Shown piece after piece: positions 1 to 9,462 of a stretch of 64,000 nucleotides of DNA. The stretch's first letter is position 1. Each line of letters opens with the position of its first letter. Source of the stretch: Candidatus Latescibacterota bacterium (GTDB taxonomy: Bacteria > Latescibacterota > UBA2968 > GCA-2709665); assembly GCA_965205485.1 (NCBI GenBank), contig OZ242180.1, positions 1,824,001 to 1,888,000 on the forward strand. The letters run 5' to 3'. The notes under the pieces are model-generated. The model was not told where the DNA came from, made no database searches, and worked only from the letters and a program-made list of their open reading frames with translations. The position numbers were made by a program, and so were the translations under genes.

Positions 1-24
1 CCGCCGAGTCGCCGGGCTCGTGTT

Positions 25-221
25 CCTTCGACAAGCTCAGGACGGCGCCTTCGACAAGCTCAGGACGGCGCCTTCGACAAGCTCAGGACGGCGCCTTCGA
101 CAGGTTCAGGAATGGGCGGGTGAGACCTGAGCCGCTCCCTGAGCTTGTCGAAGGGTCGGCGAAGGGATATCGATTGGCCATTGACGAATAATGAAACGCG
201 CGCATTTCGACAAGCTCAATG
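25..221. repeat. Tandem and inverted cluster of a TTCGACAAGCTCA REP-like palindrome
   Basis: Three exact 23-bp units CCTTCGACAAGCTCAGGACGGCG (25-93), a degenerate fourth (94-110), an inverted copy CCCTGAGCTTGTCGAAGGG (137-155) and CATTTCGACAAGCTCAATG (~203-221). Confidence 0.9.
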
Positions 222-285
222 AGCACGTTTCAGCGAGACGCGATGAATCGGCAGTCGAATGGTGAGGTTTTGTCGGGACAGAACG

Positions 286-990
286 CTAGGGATAGAGCGA
301 GGCCAACTCCCGGTCGATCAGTTCGGTCTTTTCGGGGTATTTTTTCTTTACGACTTGCACAATCCGGCCGCTCGTGACGTGATCGACGAATTGTTCGGTC
401 GTCAGGTCCAGTCCTCTTGTGCATACAGATGCAACGGTCGTTCTGCGGGCGCCCAGTCTTTCTGCGACGATGCGGAAAGCCTCAGTATGGGTTTTGCCCT
501 TTTTCATTTCTCGAATAACCGGTATGAGACAGTCCTCAAGGTGTTCATACTCCCCCTTGTCCGATTTCGGCCCGTTGATGCATCCTCGATTGACCACCAG
601 CAGCGTCTCACGCAGCAACAGGCGCATGACCTTGCTTCGCGCGTTCGTCAGAACTGTGTTGTCGTTGTTGCTCCGTTTTTCGAGTTCATCCAGCTCCACT
701 CTCCAGGTACCCAGTTCCGACCTCAGCCGGCCTTCCCAATTGTAATACAGGCGGCGTTCCTGCACGCGACTCGCAGGTCGTTCGGTTTCCGCGAGTCCGG
801 CTTTGTATCGATCGAACAGGGCATCCAGTTGATCGTCGTCGTTCAATTCCGTTTCCCGGGTTCCGATTTTTTCGATCAGTTCGGTCCTGCGTGCTTCGAC
901 GGCCCGTTTGACGCTTTGCAGTTCCCTTTCGAGCAATTCCTGGAAGAGTTCGGCGATCTGTTGCGCCAGTCCGTTTCCGGAAGACGGCAT
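286..990 (-). CDS. Hypothetical protein, N-terminal coiled coil and C-terminal HTH-like region
   Basis: Long ORF with charged helical composition; GGGAGGGA RBS before the ATG at 990; C-terminal HTEAFRIVAERLGARRTTVASVCTRGL looks HTH-like. Confidence 0.7.
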   Translation of the reverse strand: MPSSGNGLAQQIAELFQELLERELQSVKRAVEARRTELIEKIGTRETELNDDDQLDALFDRYKAGLAETERPASRVQERRLYYNWEGRLRSELGTWRVELDELEKRSNNDNTVLTNARSKVMRLLLRETLLVVNRGCINGPKSDKGEYEHLEDCLIPVIREMKKGKTHTEAFRIVAERLGARRTTVASVCTRGLDLTTEQFVDHVTSGRIVQVVKKKYPEKTELIDRELASLYP

Positions 991-1214
991 TGAGTCCCTC
1001 CCGTGATCTTCAACGTCTGCATGTTCGCGGCGCATAACGTACAATCGTGCCCTGATTCAGGACGCTGCCGCGGTGCTTGTGACGCATCATCGGATGGGTA
1101 CGCCGCTGCCAACGCCGGGACGCGAACGACCTGCGGTGGGACGATAGCGGGCGCAAGCGGGTCTCGCGAGCGAGATACCGCGCGCCATCCTGCCGGGAGG
1201 GGTTCAATAAATAT

Positions 1215-1229
1215 GCAAAATCAGTGCCG
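1215..1229 (-). promoter_or_regulatory. sigma54 (-24/-12) promoter
   Basis: Minus strand reads CGGCACTGATTTTGC, exact GG-N10-GC spacing, pointing at the 286-990 gene. Confidence 0.65.
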
Positions 1230-1258
1230 ATTTCGATTTTTCAATTTAAATTATTAAA

Positions 1259-1380
1259 TATCAATATGTTATCTTCAAAAGGCTACAATCTCATTCTCGC
1301 AGAAGTCGTCGCAATATGCGTCTGTCAGGACACCCGGCGGAGCGCAATCGATAGCAATGTCCGGATATAACTATTTGATT
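1259..1380. promoter_or_regulatory. Two IHF consensus sites in an AT-rich stretch
   Basis: TATCAATATGTTA (1259-1271, +) and AATCAAATAGTTA (1368-1380, -) both match WATCAANNNNTTR. Confidence 0.6.
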
Positions 1381-1562
1381 ATAAACGTATTAATAGGAAG
1401 TCACAGAATGTGCAAACCGGTATGCGTTGTAACTCGAGACGTACGTCGCATTTTGCAACACATGCCGGTCGGGCACGAACAGCGGGGCGGACAGGGGACT
1501 GCTCACAACTCACCGCATGTCGCCGAGTACTCATGGCATATAACTCACAGAGGAGGAATTCC

Positions 1563-2120
1563 ATGAAAGGTCGCGGAATCGCAGCAATCGTTGCAGGAAT
1601 TGTCATCGGCGTCAGTCATATCGCCGCCGCCCACGTAGGCCACGACGGGAGCCCCGGTTCCAAATCCACCGCGTTCACGGCGGTCACCCCGATTCTGAAC
1701 GTCGAGAGTGTTGAAGCGAGCATCGCGCACTACACCAGCGTTTTCGGCTTCAAGAAGAACTGGGACTGGCCCGCAGACGTCGTGGACAAGACCTTTGCGT
1801 CCATATCCAATGGCGAAGTGACCGTCTTTCTGAGCGAGAAAGGGCAGGGGGCCCGGCCGGTCTGGATCTATTACAGCGTCGATAACGTTGACGAACTGCA
1901 CGAGAAGCTGGCGCGGGCGGGGGCGGAGATCAGGCAGAAGCCCGTCGACCGGCCCTGGGGGGCGCGGGAGATGCTCGTTGCCGACAGAGACGGCCACATT
2001 CTGCGCATCGGCGGTCCGAGCAACAGTGGGCACGGTGAAAGCGGGGAAGAACACGGCGAGGACAGGAAGAAGCACGAAGGGAGCGAAGGGGACAGCGACA
2101 AGGAGGAAGGGCACCATTAA
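1563..2120 (+). CDS. VOC/glyoxalase/bleomycin-resistance family protein with signal peptide
   Basis: GAGGAGG RBS; VTPILNV..SIAHYTSVFGF and PWGAREMLVADRDGHILRIG motifs; N-terminal hydrophobic signal; His/Glu-rich tail. Confidence 0.85.
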   Translation: MKGRGIAAIVAGIVIGVSHIAAAHVGHDGSPGSKSTAFTAVTPILNVESVEASIAHYTSVFGFKKNWDWPADVVDKTFASISNGEVTVFLSEKGQGARPVWIYYSVDNVDELHEKLARAGAEIRQKPVDRPWGAREMLVADRDGHILRIGGPSNSGHGESGEEHGEDRKKHEGSEGDSDKEEGHH

Positions 2121-2149
2121 AGGGAGCCGGACCTACCCCATGAAGGCAG

Positions 2150-2437
2150 GGAGACGGTAGAGGGTAGACGGGAGAGGAAGTCCTTGCCAGGTATTTTTTT
2201 CCTCTTTGCCTCCGGCACGAAAAGAAAACTCACAAGGCAGGCAATCTCTACCCTCTTACCTCTACCCGCTTTTGAGGGGCCGGGGAGAGAGGTCGGTTAA
2301 GGGCCGTTAGACGGTAGAGGTGAGACGGGAGAAGAAGGCCTTGCCTGGTATGTTATTCCTCCTCGCCTTCGGCACGAAAATTTTCCTCACACGGCAGGCA
2401 ATCTCTCCCCTCTTCCGTCTTCCCTCTCACCGTTTCT
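2150..2437 (+). repeat. Two copies (2150-2270, 2309-2437) of the ~120-bp hairpin element
   Basis: Purine-rich left arm, core CCTTGCC..GCC(TCC/TTC)GGCAC..CTCAC..GGCAGGCAATCTCT, pyrimidine-rich right arm; same element at 19209, 20364, 20624, 41829, ~61410. Confidence 0.85.
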
Positions 2438-2450
2438 CGGGGGTTTCTTC

Positions 2451-3371
2451 ATGGATCGAGACGAAGTTCGTGCGCATCTGACAGGCATCATTTCGTCGAT
2501 CGCGACGCCGTTCAATGAGGACGGCAGCGTGGATTACGACGGCCTACGGCATCAGATCGATTTTGTGCTGGAGGGAGGGAGCCACACCGTGTTGCTCACC
2601 GCGGGAGACAGCCACTATATCTGCATGTCGGAGGCGGAGATCGCGGAGGTCACCCGGGTGACGTGCGAACACACCGCCGGGCGGGGAATGGTGGTGGCGG
2701 CCGATCGGTATTATGACACCGGGCGCTCGGTCGCCTTTGCGTCGTTCGCGAAAGAGCAGGGAGCGGACGTGCTGATGGTGCTTCCGCCGGCGTGGGGGGC
2801 TTCGAGCACGGTCGAGACGCTGGTGGAACACTACGGCAAGGTGTCACAGACCATGCCCGTGATGATCGTAACGGGCGCGTTCTCGGCGCAGGGTCCGACA
2901 TTCGGATTGAAGGTGATCGATGAAGCGCTGGACCGATACGAACGCGTGGTGGCCATCAAGGACGACATGTGCGGGGACTTCGCGCGCCGGCTCTGCCTCG
3001 TCGCGCACGAACGGGTGGCGGTGTTCGCGGGCGGGCAGAAGGTGAACCACATGAATATGTGGCCGTACGGATGCGACGGCTATATGTCGTCGTATATCAC
3101 GTTCAAGCCGGAGATCGCACGGCGGTACTGGAATGCGATCCGGAACGCCGACGTCGACGCGGCCAGAGAAGTCATCCGCGAATACGACATGCCGTTCTTC
3201 GACTATATCGGCAAGCTGACCGGCGGATGGAACGCGGGGTTCCATGGCGCGATGGAAATCTTCGGCGTGGCCGGGCGCTGGCGTCGGAAACCGTACTATT
3301 CGTTGAACGACGAGGAGATGGACGGGCTCAGGGAATTCTTCAGGTCGAAAAAGCTTCTACAGGAGCGCTGA
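2451..3371 (+). CDS. Dihydrodipicolinate synthase/N-acetylneuraminate lyase family aldolase
   Basis: IATPFNEDGSVDYDGLR N-terminus; Schiff-base Lys in VVAIKDD. Confidence 0.9.
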   Translation: MDRDEVRAHLTGIISSIATPFNEDGSVDYDGLRHQIDFVLEGGSHTVLLTAGDSHYICMSEAEIAEVTRVTCEHTAGRGMVVAADRYYDTGRSVAFASFAKEQGADVLMVLPPAWGASSTVETLVEHYGKVSQTMPVMIVTGAFSAQGPTFGLKVIDEALDRYERVVAIKDDMCGDFARRLCLVAHERVAVFAGGQKVNHMNMWPYGCDGYMSSYITFKPEIARRYWNAIRNADVDAAREVIREYDMPFFDYIGKLTGGWNAGFHGAMEIFGVAGRWRRKPYYSLNDEEMDGLREFFRSKKLLQER

Positions 3372-3372
3372 G

Positions 3373-4602
3373 ATGAAAATCGTCGATATCGACATCATTC
3401 CGATCAACCCGGGACTCGCAGCACGGAACGCGGATCACAAGGTCCGATTTCGCGCCATCGACCAGCGGACCATTTTCAGGGTGGTGACCGACAACGGAAT
3501 CGTGGGTTACGGAGACTACCGGTCGGCCGCGCCGCCGAAGGAAAGCGTGGCACAGTTGATCGAACGCAGTCCGTTCGACTTTCTCAATCACGAGACGCTG
3601 CACCTGGCGCTGGGCGGCGCGCTGTACGACGTGATGGGCAAGCACCTGGGCATACCCGCCTACAAGCTGATGGGTCAAAAGGTGCGGGACCGTGTTCCTG
3701 TCATGGCTTGGACCCGGCCGGCATCGCCCGAAGACCTCAGCAGGGAGATCGTCCGCTCCGTGGACCAGGGCTATATGATGTTCAAGATGCATACCTGCCA
3801 GCACTTCGACGTGTTGGAGCAGAACCGGGCGGTGGAGGACGTGGCGCCGGAGGGATTCCTGATGCAGTGGGATATGAACCACAACAGGGCGATGGCAACG
3901 GTGCTGCCCATCGTGAAGGCCCTCGAGAATTCCAGGGTGGTGGGATTCATCGAGGACCCGCTGCTGCTGACCGACGTGGACGGGTGGCGGCGGCTGCGGG
4001 CGCAGTGCAATGTGCCGCTGGTGATGCATCTGCCCCCGCTGGGCGGGTTGCAGGAGATGATCATGGGCATGGCGGACGCCTATATCATCGGCGAATATTG
4101 CGGCGGGTTCGGAGATGCGCTCTTCCGGGGGTTCGCGTACGGAAAGGCGAACGTGCAGGCCGTTGTGCAGTTGACCGGCGGCACGCTGACGAAGGCGCTG
4201 GCCATGCACTTGGGGGCGGTGCTGCCGACGGCGGGACATTCGATCAATCTGGACGATCAGTACGAGGAAGACATTACAACAGAACGCATCGAGATTGCGG
4301 AGGGGTGTTCGGCGGTGCCCGAGGCGCCGGGACTGGGGTTCGACGTGGACGAGGAGAAGCTCGCGCGCCTGGCGGCCGTGGGGCCTACGGAAATGCCGAA
4401 ACACGTGGGCGTGCTCTACCTGCCCGGCGGGAATCGGATGTATGCGCCGAGCATACCGGACGTGCGCCGGCTCACCGGATTCGAGGAAGGGTCCATCCGC
4501 GGCGTGAATTCGGAAGTTTGGGAGGATGACGGATCGGAGGCGTTCGCACGGGTCTACGAACGAATCCAACTGGAGGGGGCGTTCATGGAGAAAGAGGACT
4601 GA
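3373..4602 (+). CDS. Mandelate racemase/muconate lactonizing enzyme family protein
   Basis: ALYDVMGKHLGIPAYKLMGQKVRDRV; KMH motif; WDMN, FIEDP; PGLGFDVDE. Confidence 0.9.
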   Translation: MKIVDIDIIPINPGLAARNADHKVRFRAIDQRTIFRVVTDNGIVGYGDYRSAAPPKESVAQLIERSPFDFLNHETLHLALGGALYDVMGKHLGIPAYKLMGQKVRDRVPVMAWTRPASPEDLSREIVRSVDQGYMMFKMHTCQHFDVLEQNRAVEDVAPEGFLMQWDMNHNRAMATVLPIVKALENSRVVGFIEDPLLLTDVDGWRRLRAQCNVPLVMHLPPLGGLQEMIMGMADAYIIGEYCGGFGDALFRGFAYGKANVQAVVQLTGGTLTKALAMHLGAVLPTAGHSINLDDQYEEDITTERIEIAEGCSAVPEAPGLGFDVDEEKLARLAAVGPTEMPKHVGVLYLPGGNRMYAPSIPDVRRLTGFEEGSIRGVNSEVWEDDGSEAFARVYERIQLEGAFMEKED

Positions 4603-4605
4603 GCG

Positions 4606-5769
4606 ATGAAGATCGCCGACATTCGGGCGCATGTCATGAACATCCCCGGAGCGGACGGGCGGACACCCAGACGGAACTGGGTCTTCGTGGAGGTGGAGAC
4701 GGACGCCGGCATCACGGGGATCGGCGAGGCCACCACGGAGCACCACGAAATGGCCGTGGCGGCGCAGGTGGAGACGGCGCTGAAACCCAGACTGCTGGGG
4801 ATGAATCCAATGGATGTGGAGCACGTCTGGCAACTGGGGCACCGGGACTTCTGGTGGAAGCGGGGCGTGGTGCAAACGAGCGCCGTCAGCGGGATCGACA
4901 TGGCGTTGTGGGATATCGTGGGCAGGGCAACCGGACAGCCCGTGTTCAGGCTGCTGGGCGGGAGAGTCCGTGACCGGGTGCGGTGTTACGCACGGGCGGA
5001 CCTGGGCCTGGATTCGCTGGAGGCGCACGCGGCACAGGCCCTTGAGGAGGGCTTCGATGCATTCAAGCACGGACACGGGCCGGCGGTCGCGCCGTTCGAT
5101 ATGGACGCCCAGGTGGACGTGGCCGTCCGGGAGATGACGCAGCTGCGCCAGGCGCTGGGGCCGGGCGTAGCGATGATGATCGACTGCGGCGGGGTGTTCT
5201 CGCCCGTCGCGGCGCACCGCCTGATGCGGGAATTGCAGCAGCTGGACATGTTTTTCGTGGAAGAGCCGATCGAGCAGAGTACGGTTGAACCGTACGTGAG
5301 ACTGAAGCGGGATTTTCCGGGAATGCGGGTTGCGGCGGGAGAGCGCTGGATCACGCGGTGGGACTGCCGGGAGTGGTTCGAGAAACAGGCGGTGGACGTG
5401 TGCCAGGTGGATATCTGCCACGCCGGCGGGATCAGCGAACTGATGAAGATCGCCCATTTGGCGGAGGTGTACGGGATCACAATCGCGCCGCACAACCCAT
5501 ACGGCCCGGTCGCGCTGGCCGCTGCCGCTCACGCAGCGGCAGCGATGCAGAATTTCGAGATCCTGGAGCACTGCCGGCTGCGTCCCTGGTTCGACGACGT
5601 GCAGACGATGGGCGTGCCGCTCTCGGCCGGTTGCGTGGACGTCGAGGAACTGGGCCGGCGACCTGGGCTGGGGGTCGAGTTGGATATGGAATTGGTCAAG
5701 TCGCGACCGTATCAGACCCTGCCCCCGCGCCGCTATATAGGTCCGGACGGGTCCATCCATTTGTATTGA
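4606..5769 (+). CDS. Enolase-superfamily dehydratase (galactonate dehydratase-like)
   Basis: RNWVFVEVETDAGITGIGE, SGIDMALWDI, FVEEP, AAGER, APHNPYGP. Confidence 0.9.
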   Translation: MKIADIRAHVMNIPGADGRTPRRNWVFVEVETDAGITGIGEATTEHHEMAVAAQVETALKPRLLGMNPMDVEHVWQLGHRDFWWKRGVVQTSAVSGIDMALWDIVGRATGQPVFRLLGGRVRDRVRCYARADLGLDSLEAHAAQALEEGFDAFKHGHGPAVAPFDMDAQVDVAVREMTQLRQALGPGVAMMIDCGGVFSPVAAHRLMRELQQLDMFFVEEPIEQSTVEPYVRLKRDFPGMRVAAGERWITRWDCREWFEKQAVDVCQVDICHAGGISELMKIAHLAEVYGITIAPHNPYGPVALAAAAHAAAAMQNFEILEHCRLRPWFDDVQTMGVPLSAGCVDVEELGRRPGLGVELDMELVKSRPYQTLPPRRYIGPDGSIHLY

Positions 5770-5782
5770 AAGAAGACCACTG

Positions 5783-5922
5783 CCCCGGCTCCACGCCTCC
5801 GGCGGGGGAAGGTCAACAACGGGTCAAGACGAGATACAAAATCCCTTTCCCCAAATTCCCTGCCTACGGCGTGTTCCTTTTGAAGCGACCAAAAGGAACC
5901 AAAAGTCGCCGCTGGCCGCGCG
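5783..5922 (-). repeat. ~140-bp element, inverted relative to the copy at 21709-21842
   Basis: CCCCAAATTCCCTGCCTACGGCGTGTTCCTTTTGAAGCGACCAAAAGGAACCAAAAGTCGCCGCTGG is the reverse complement of ~21714-21780; the CCCCGGCTCCACGCCTCCGGCGGGGAA end also matches. Confidence 0.9.
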
Positions 5923-5998
5923 TCCGGTCCGGAACGCGAACCGTCGTCGTCTTAACAGTCAACTCCTGAAGGAAGACGATTAAAGAGGTGGTACCGTA

Positions 5999-7771
5999 GT
6001 GTCTGATGAGAATGATTCGAAGGGCCAGGACATTCATCCGGACGATCCGCGGTTGCCCAATATCCGTGAGGCGATGGCGTTTCTGCGCCCCTACGCCCGC
6101 GGGGCGTGGCACTGGTTCGCTCTCGACGCCCTGCTGAGCCTGCTGGCCATCGGCGCGGGTCTGGCCGCGCCGGCCCTGGCCGCCGTGACGATCGACGAGG
6201 CCGTGGAAGGACGCATCGGCTGGGGGTTACCTGCACTGGCCGTCGCTATGGTCGTGTCGGCGATCATCGACATCGTCGCGGAACCCGTGAGGGCCCGATT
6301 CCGCGCCCCCATCGAAAGGCGGCTGACGCGCGGATTGGTCGACCATGCGCTGGACCTCGGCCTGCCCGGCCGGCGGCCGTTCGACGACGGAGACCTGCAG
6401 AACCGGATCCGCTCCGAGGCGACGCAACTGCCGCGTTATCCGGAAACCCTGCTGCGGATCGGTACGGGGATCCTCACCGGCGCGGGCAGTCTCGCCGCGT
6501 TGTTATACGTACACTGGGTGTTTGTGGCCGTTGCGCTCGCAGGTATCGGGGGCGTCATCGTGCTGATGCGCCGGCTGATGGGCACGCTTACCGCCGGACA
6601 GACCGGAATTGATGAACTGAACAGCCGCATGGTAAACGCGTACACGGGCGCTCTTGCCGGAAGGCGTACGATACGCGCGGCGGGCACCCTGGAACGCGAG
6701 GTCGAACGGATCACGCGTCCGCTGCCCGGCCTGGCGGAAAAAACGCGCGAACTCATGGAGAACGCCGGCCGCGGCGGCGTGTTGGTGACCAGCGCCAATC
6801 ACGTCGTTCTGACGGTTACCGCCATTGCCGGCGTGCTTCTGTTGGCGTCCGGCGGCCTGACCGTGGGCGCGCTGATGGCCGCCATCCGCTACGCGCAGAT
6901 GACATACTGGAGCGTCGCCGGCGTATTGGACAACGGCTGGTTCCAGATCGCATACTTTCGCGCCCATGCGGCCCGGGTGCTGGCCGTTCTTCGATCTCCG
7001 GCCGCGGTGCCGGAACCCGGGTCGGACGCGTCCGGCGCCGCGGGACCCGGCGAGGTCAGGATCGAAGGCGTATCCCTGGGCGGGCCGGAAAGAGAAATCC
7101 TCCGGCGCGTGGACCTCCGTATCGCTCCAGGAACGACGGTGGCGCTGGTCGGACAGTCAGGCGTTGGCAAGACCACGCTCTCCGGGCTGATCGGCCGGCT
7201 CCAGGACCCGGACAGCGGCGTCGTTCGCATCGACGGCACGCCGGTTTCCGAAATGCCGCGCGACGTCCTCTCGCGCCGGGTGAGCTACGCATTCGAGCGG
7301 CCCGCGCTCTTCGGCGATACGATTCGCGACGTTATCGCGCTTGGAGCAGAAACCACCCAGGAGAAGGTGCGCGACGCTGCCCGACAGGTCGAAGCCGATG
7401 CGTTCATCGAGCGTCTGCCAAAGGGATACGATTCACCCCTACACGAGGCCCCGATGTCAGGCGGCGAACACCAGCGGCTGGGGCTCGCGCGGGCCTCGCT
7501 CCGGGATACGCCCATCCTGATTCTGGACGATGCCCTCAGCAGCCTGGACGTGGCCACCGAGGCGCGCGTCCTGGCGGCATTGCGAAGACTCGGGAGGTCG
7601 CGGACGACCGTCGTGATTGCCCACCGGGCGAGTACTGCGGCAGCAGCCGACCGGGTGGCCTGGCTCTACAAAGGCGAGGTCCGGCGTGTGGCGCCTCACG
7701 CCGAACTCTGGCGGGACCCTTCCTACCGCGCCGCGTTCCAGGGCGACACGGCGGAGGAGGAAGCTGAATGA
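5999..7771 (+). CDS. ABC exporter, fused permease/ATPase (RamA/AmfB-like)
   Basis: TM domain; Walker A GQSGVGKT; signature MSGGEHQR; Walker B ILILDD; IAHR. Confidence 0.9.
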   Translation: MSDENDSKGQDIHPDDPRLPNIREAMAFLRPYARGAWHWFALDALLSLLAIGAGLAAPALAAVTIDEAVEGRIGWGLPALAVAMVVSAIIDIVAEPVRARFRAPIERRLTRGLVDHALDLGLPGRRPFDDGDLQNRIRSEATQLPRYPETLLRIGTGILTGAGSLAALLYVHWVFVAVALAGIGGVIVLMRRLMGTLTAGQTGIDELNSRMVNAYTGALAGRRTIRAAGTLEREVERITRPLPGLAEKTRELMENAGRGGVLVTSANHVVLTVTAIAGVLLLASGGLTVGALMAAIRYAQMTYWSVAGVLDNGWFQIAYFRAHAARVLAVLRSPAAVPEPGSDASGAAGPGEVRIEGVSLGGPEREILRRVDLRIAPGTTVALVGQSGVGKTTLSGLIGRLQDPDSGVVRIDGTPVSEMPRDVLSRRVSYAFERPALFGDTIRDVIALGAETTQEKVRDAARQVEADAFIERLPKGYDSPLHEAPMSGGEHQRLGLARASLRDTPILILDDALSSLDVATEARVLAALRRLGRSRTTVVIAHRASTAAAADRVAWLYKGEVRRVAPHAELWRDPSYRAAFQGDTAEEEAE

Positions 7772-9462
7772 CGCCCATCCGATCGCTCTACGGCTACGTG
7801 TCAAGGCACCGCGGATGCCTGTTTCGTATCGCCGTGTGCAGCGTGGGCGTGACACTCGCGCCGGCGTTCTCCGGTCGCCTCATCGCCAGCGCCGTCGACA
7901 CGGCGCGCGCGGGCGATCTCTCAGCGTCCCTGGTGTGGATCGGCGGGCTTCTGGTCGCGGGCGCGGTCGGCGTCTGGTCGCTGTTGCGTCTCTCGCACTG
8001 GTCGGCGATACTCACTTCGAGGGTACAGGTCGACCTGACTCGCGACACCGTTCTGCACACCCTGGGAGATGCGGTGCATTCGGACCGGGTCCTGCGTTCA
8101 GGCGCGGAACTCACCCAGCATGTACCGTCGCTCGTCGACGTGCTGGCGCACTTTCTGCGTCTGGGCCCGAGCGGCCTTTTCGCCATCGGATCCGCGGCCG
8201 GACTCGCGACGTTGTCGTGGACGCTTCTGGTCCTGGCTTTGCCCTGGCTCGTTGTTGCCGCGTTTCTGCAGATCGTGGTTGTCCGCGCCAAGGTCCGCAA
8301 CGAAACGGCGTCCATGCTTGCGGAAGAGGATACCCACGGCGAGACGACCCGCGCGCTCCAGTCGGTGCGGGATCTGATGGCTGCGGGCGCGAAGGGTTTC
8401 GCCATGGACCGGGTTGAAAACAGGATAAACCGGTCCGTCGGGGCGTCGCTCAGGCAATATGACCATCAGGCCGTCGGATTCGGAGTCGTGAACGCCGTCG
8501 CCACCACGTTTCCCGCCCTGACTGCCCTGGGCTTCGTCCCGTACCTGGTACGCAACGATCTGCTGAGCGCGGGAGAAGTGGTCGGGTCGTTTACGTACCT
8601 GCTCGCGGGTTTGACGGCGGCGACGGCGTTCGTGACGTACGGGCTGTCCAAACTGGTCACGTTGCGCGTCCACCATGCGCGCCTGCTGGCCTCCGTCGGA
8701 GACGGCACGGTACCGGTGAAGGGAGGTGAAGCGTGCATGCCGCCGCCACGACAGCCGGTATTGGCGGTGCGCGATCTGACCTTTGCGTACGGCGCAGGGG
8801 AGCCGATCGTCGAAAGCTTTTCATTGGATCTCCCTTCAGGAGACCATCTGGCCATCGTTGGACCCAGTGGGATCGGCAAGTCTACGCTGGCCGCCCTGCT
8901 GGCCGGGGTGCTGCGTCCGGACAACGGCACGATCACGGTCGACGGGGAGCCCTGTTTTCTGCGGACGGACCGTACAGGTCTGATTACGATGGTGCCCCAG
9001 GAGGCGTACGTTTTCGCGGGTACGCTGCGCGAGAACCTGGTGTATCTGCGGCCTTCGGCATCCGATGAGGAGATCGTCGCGTCCGCACGCGCGGTGGGGC
9101 TCGATCGTGTTTTGAATCGGCTGGGCGGCCTGGACGCGGAAGTCAACCTCACGAAGTCCGGCCTTTCCGAGGGGGAACGTCAGCTTGTGACCCTGGTGCG
9201 GGCGCATCTGGCGGCGTCGCCGATTATCGTGCTGGATGAGGCCGCCTGTCACCTCGATCCGGCCGCGGAGGAACGCGCCGAGCGAGCGTTCATGGCCCTT
9301 GGCCGCACCCTGATCGTCGTTGCCCACCGCATGGCGGCCGCCCGGCGTGCGAAGCGGGTGCTGGTGATGGACGGCGGGGGCATCGACGTCGGCAGCCACG
9401 AAGAGCTGCTGGACCGGCACGCGCTGTACGCCGATTTCCATGGGCTGTGGCAGCAGGCATAA
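7768..9462 (+). CDS. ABC exporter, fused permease/ATPase (RamB/AmfA-like)
   Basis: ATGA overlap with the previous gene; GPSGIGKS; LSEGERQ; IIVLDEAACHLDPAAEERAERAF. Confidence 0.9.
   Translation: MTPIRSLYGYVSRHRGCLFRIAVCSVGVTLAPAFSGRLIASAVDTARAGDLSASLVWIGGLLVAGAVGVWSLLRLSHWSAILTSRVQVDLTRDTVLHTLGDAVHSDRVLRSGAELTQHVPSLVDVLAHFLRLGPSGLFAIGSAAGLATLSWTLLVLALPWLVVAAFLQIVVVRAKVRNETASMLAEEDTHGETTRALQSVRDLMAAGAKGFAMDRVENRINRSVGASLRQYDHQAVGFGVVNAVATTFPALTALGFVPYLVRNDLLSAGEVVGSFTYLLAGLTAATAFVTYGLSKLVTLRVHHARLLASVGDGTVPVKGGEACMPPPRQPVLAVRDLTFAYGAGEPIVESFSLDLPSGDHLAIVGPSGIGKSTLAALLAGVLRPDNGTITVDGEPCFLRTDRTGLITMVPQEAYVFAGTLRENLVYLRPSASDEEIVASARAVGLDRVLNRLGGLDAEVNLTKSGLSEGERQLVTLVRAHLAASPIIVLDEAACHLDPAAEERAERAFMALGRTLIVVAHRMAAARRAKRVLVMDGGGIDVGSHEELLDRHALYADFHGLWQQA

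Noticed and set aside
25..110. CRISPR array
   Set aside because: The 23-bp units are directly adjacent with no unique spacers, and no cas genes are present.
259..993. 244-aa plus-strand ORF
   Set aside because: Antisense shadow of the 286-990 gene, which has the RBS and protein-like composition.
3340..5760. 806-aa minus-strand ORF and similar long antisense ORFs (e.g. 16790-18895, 50899-52386)
   Set aside because: Mirror frames of recognisable genes in high-GC DNA; no motifs.
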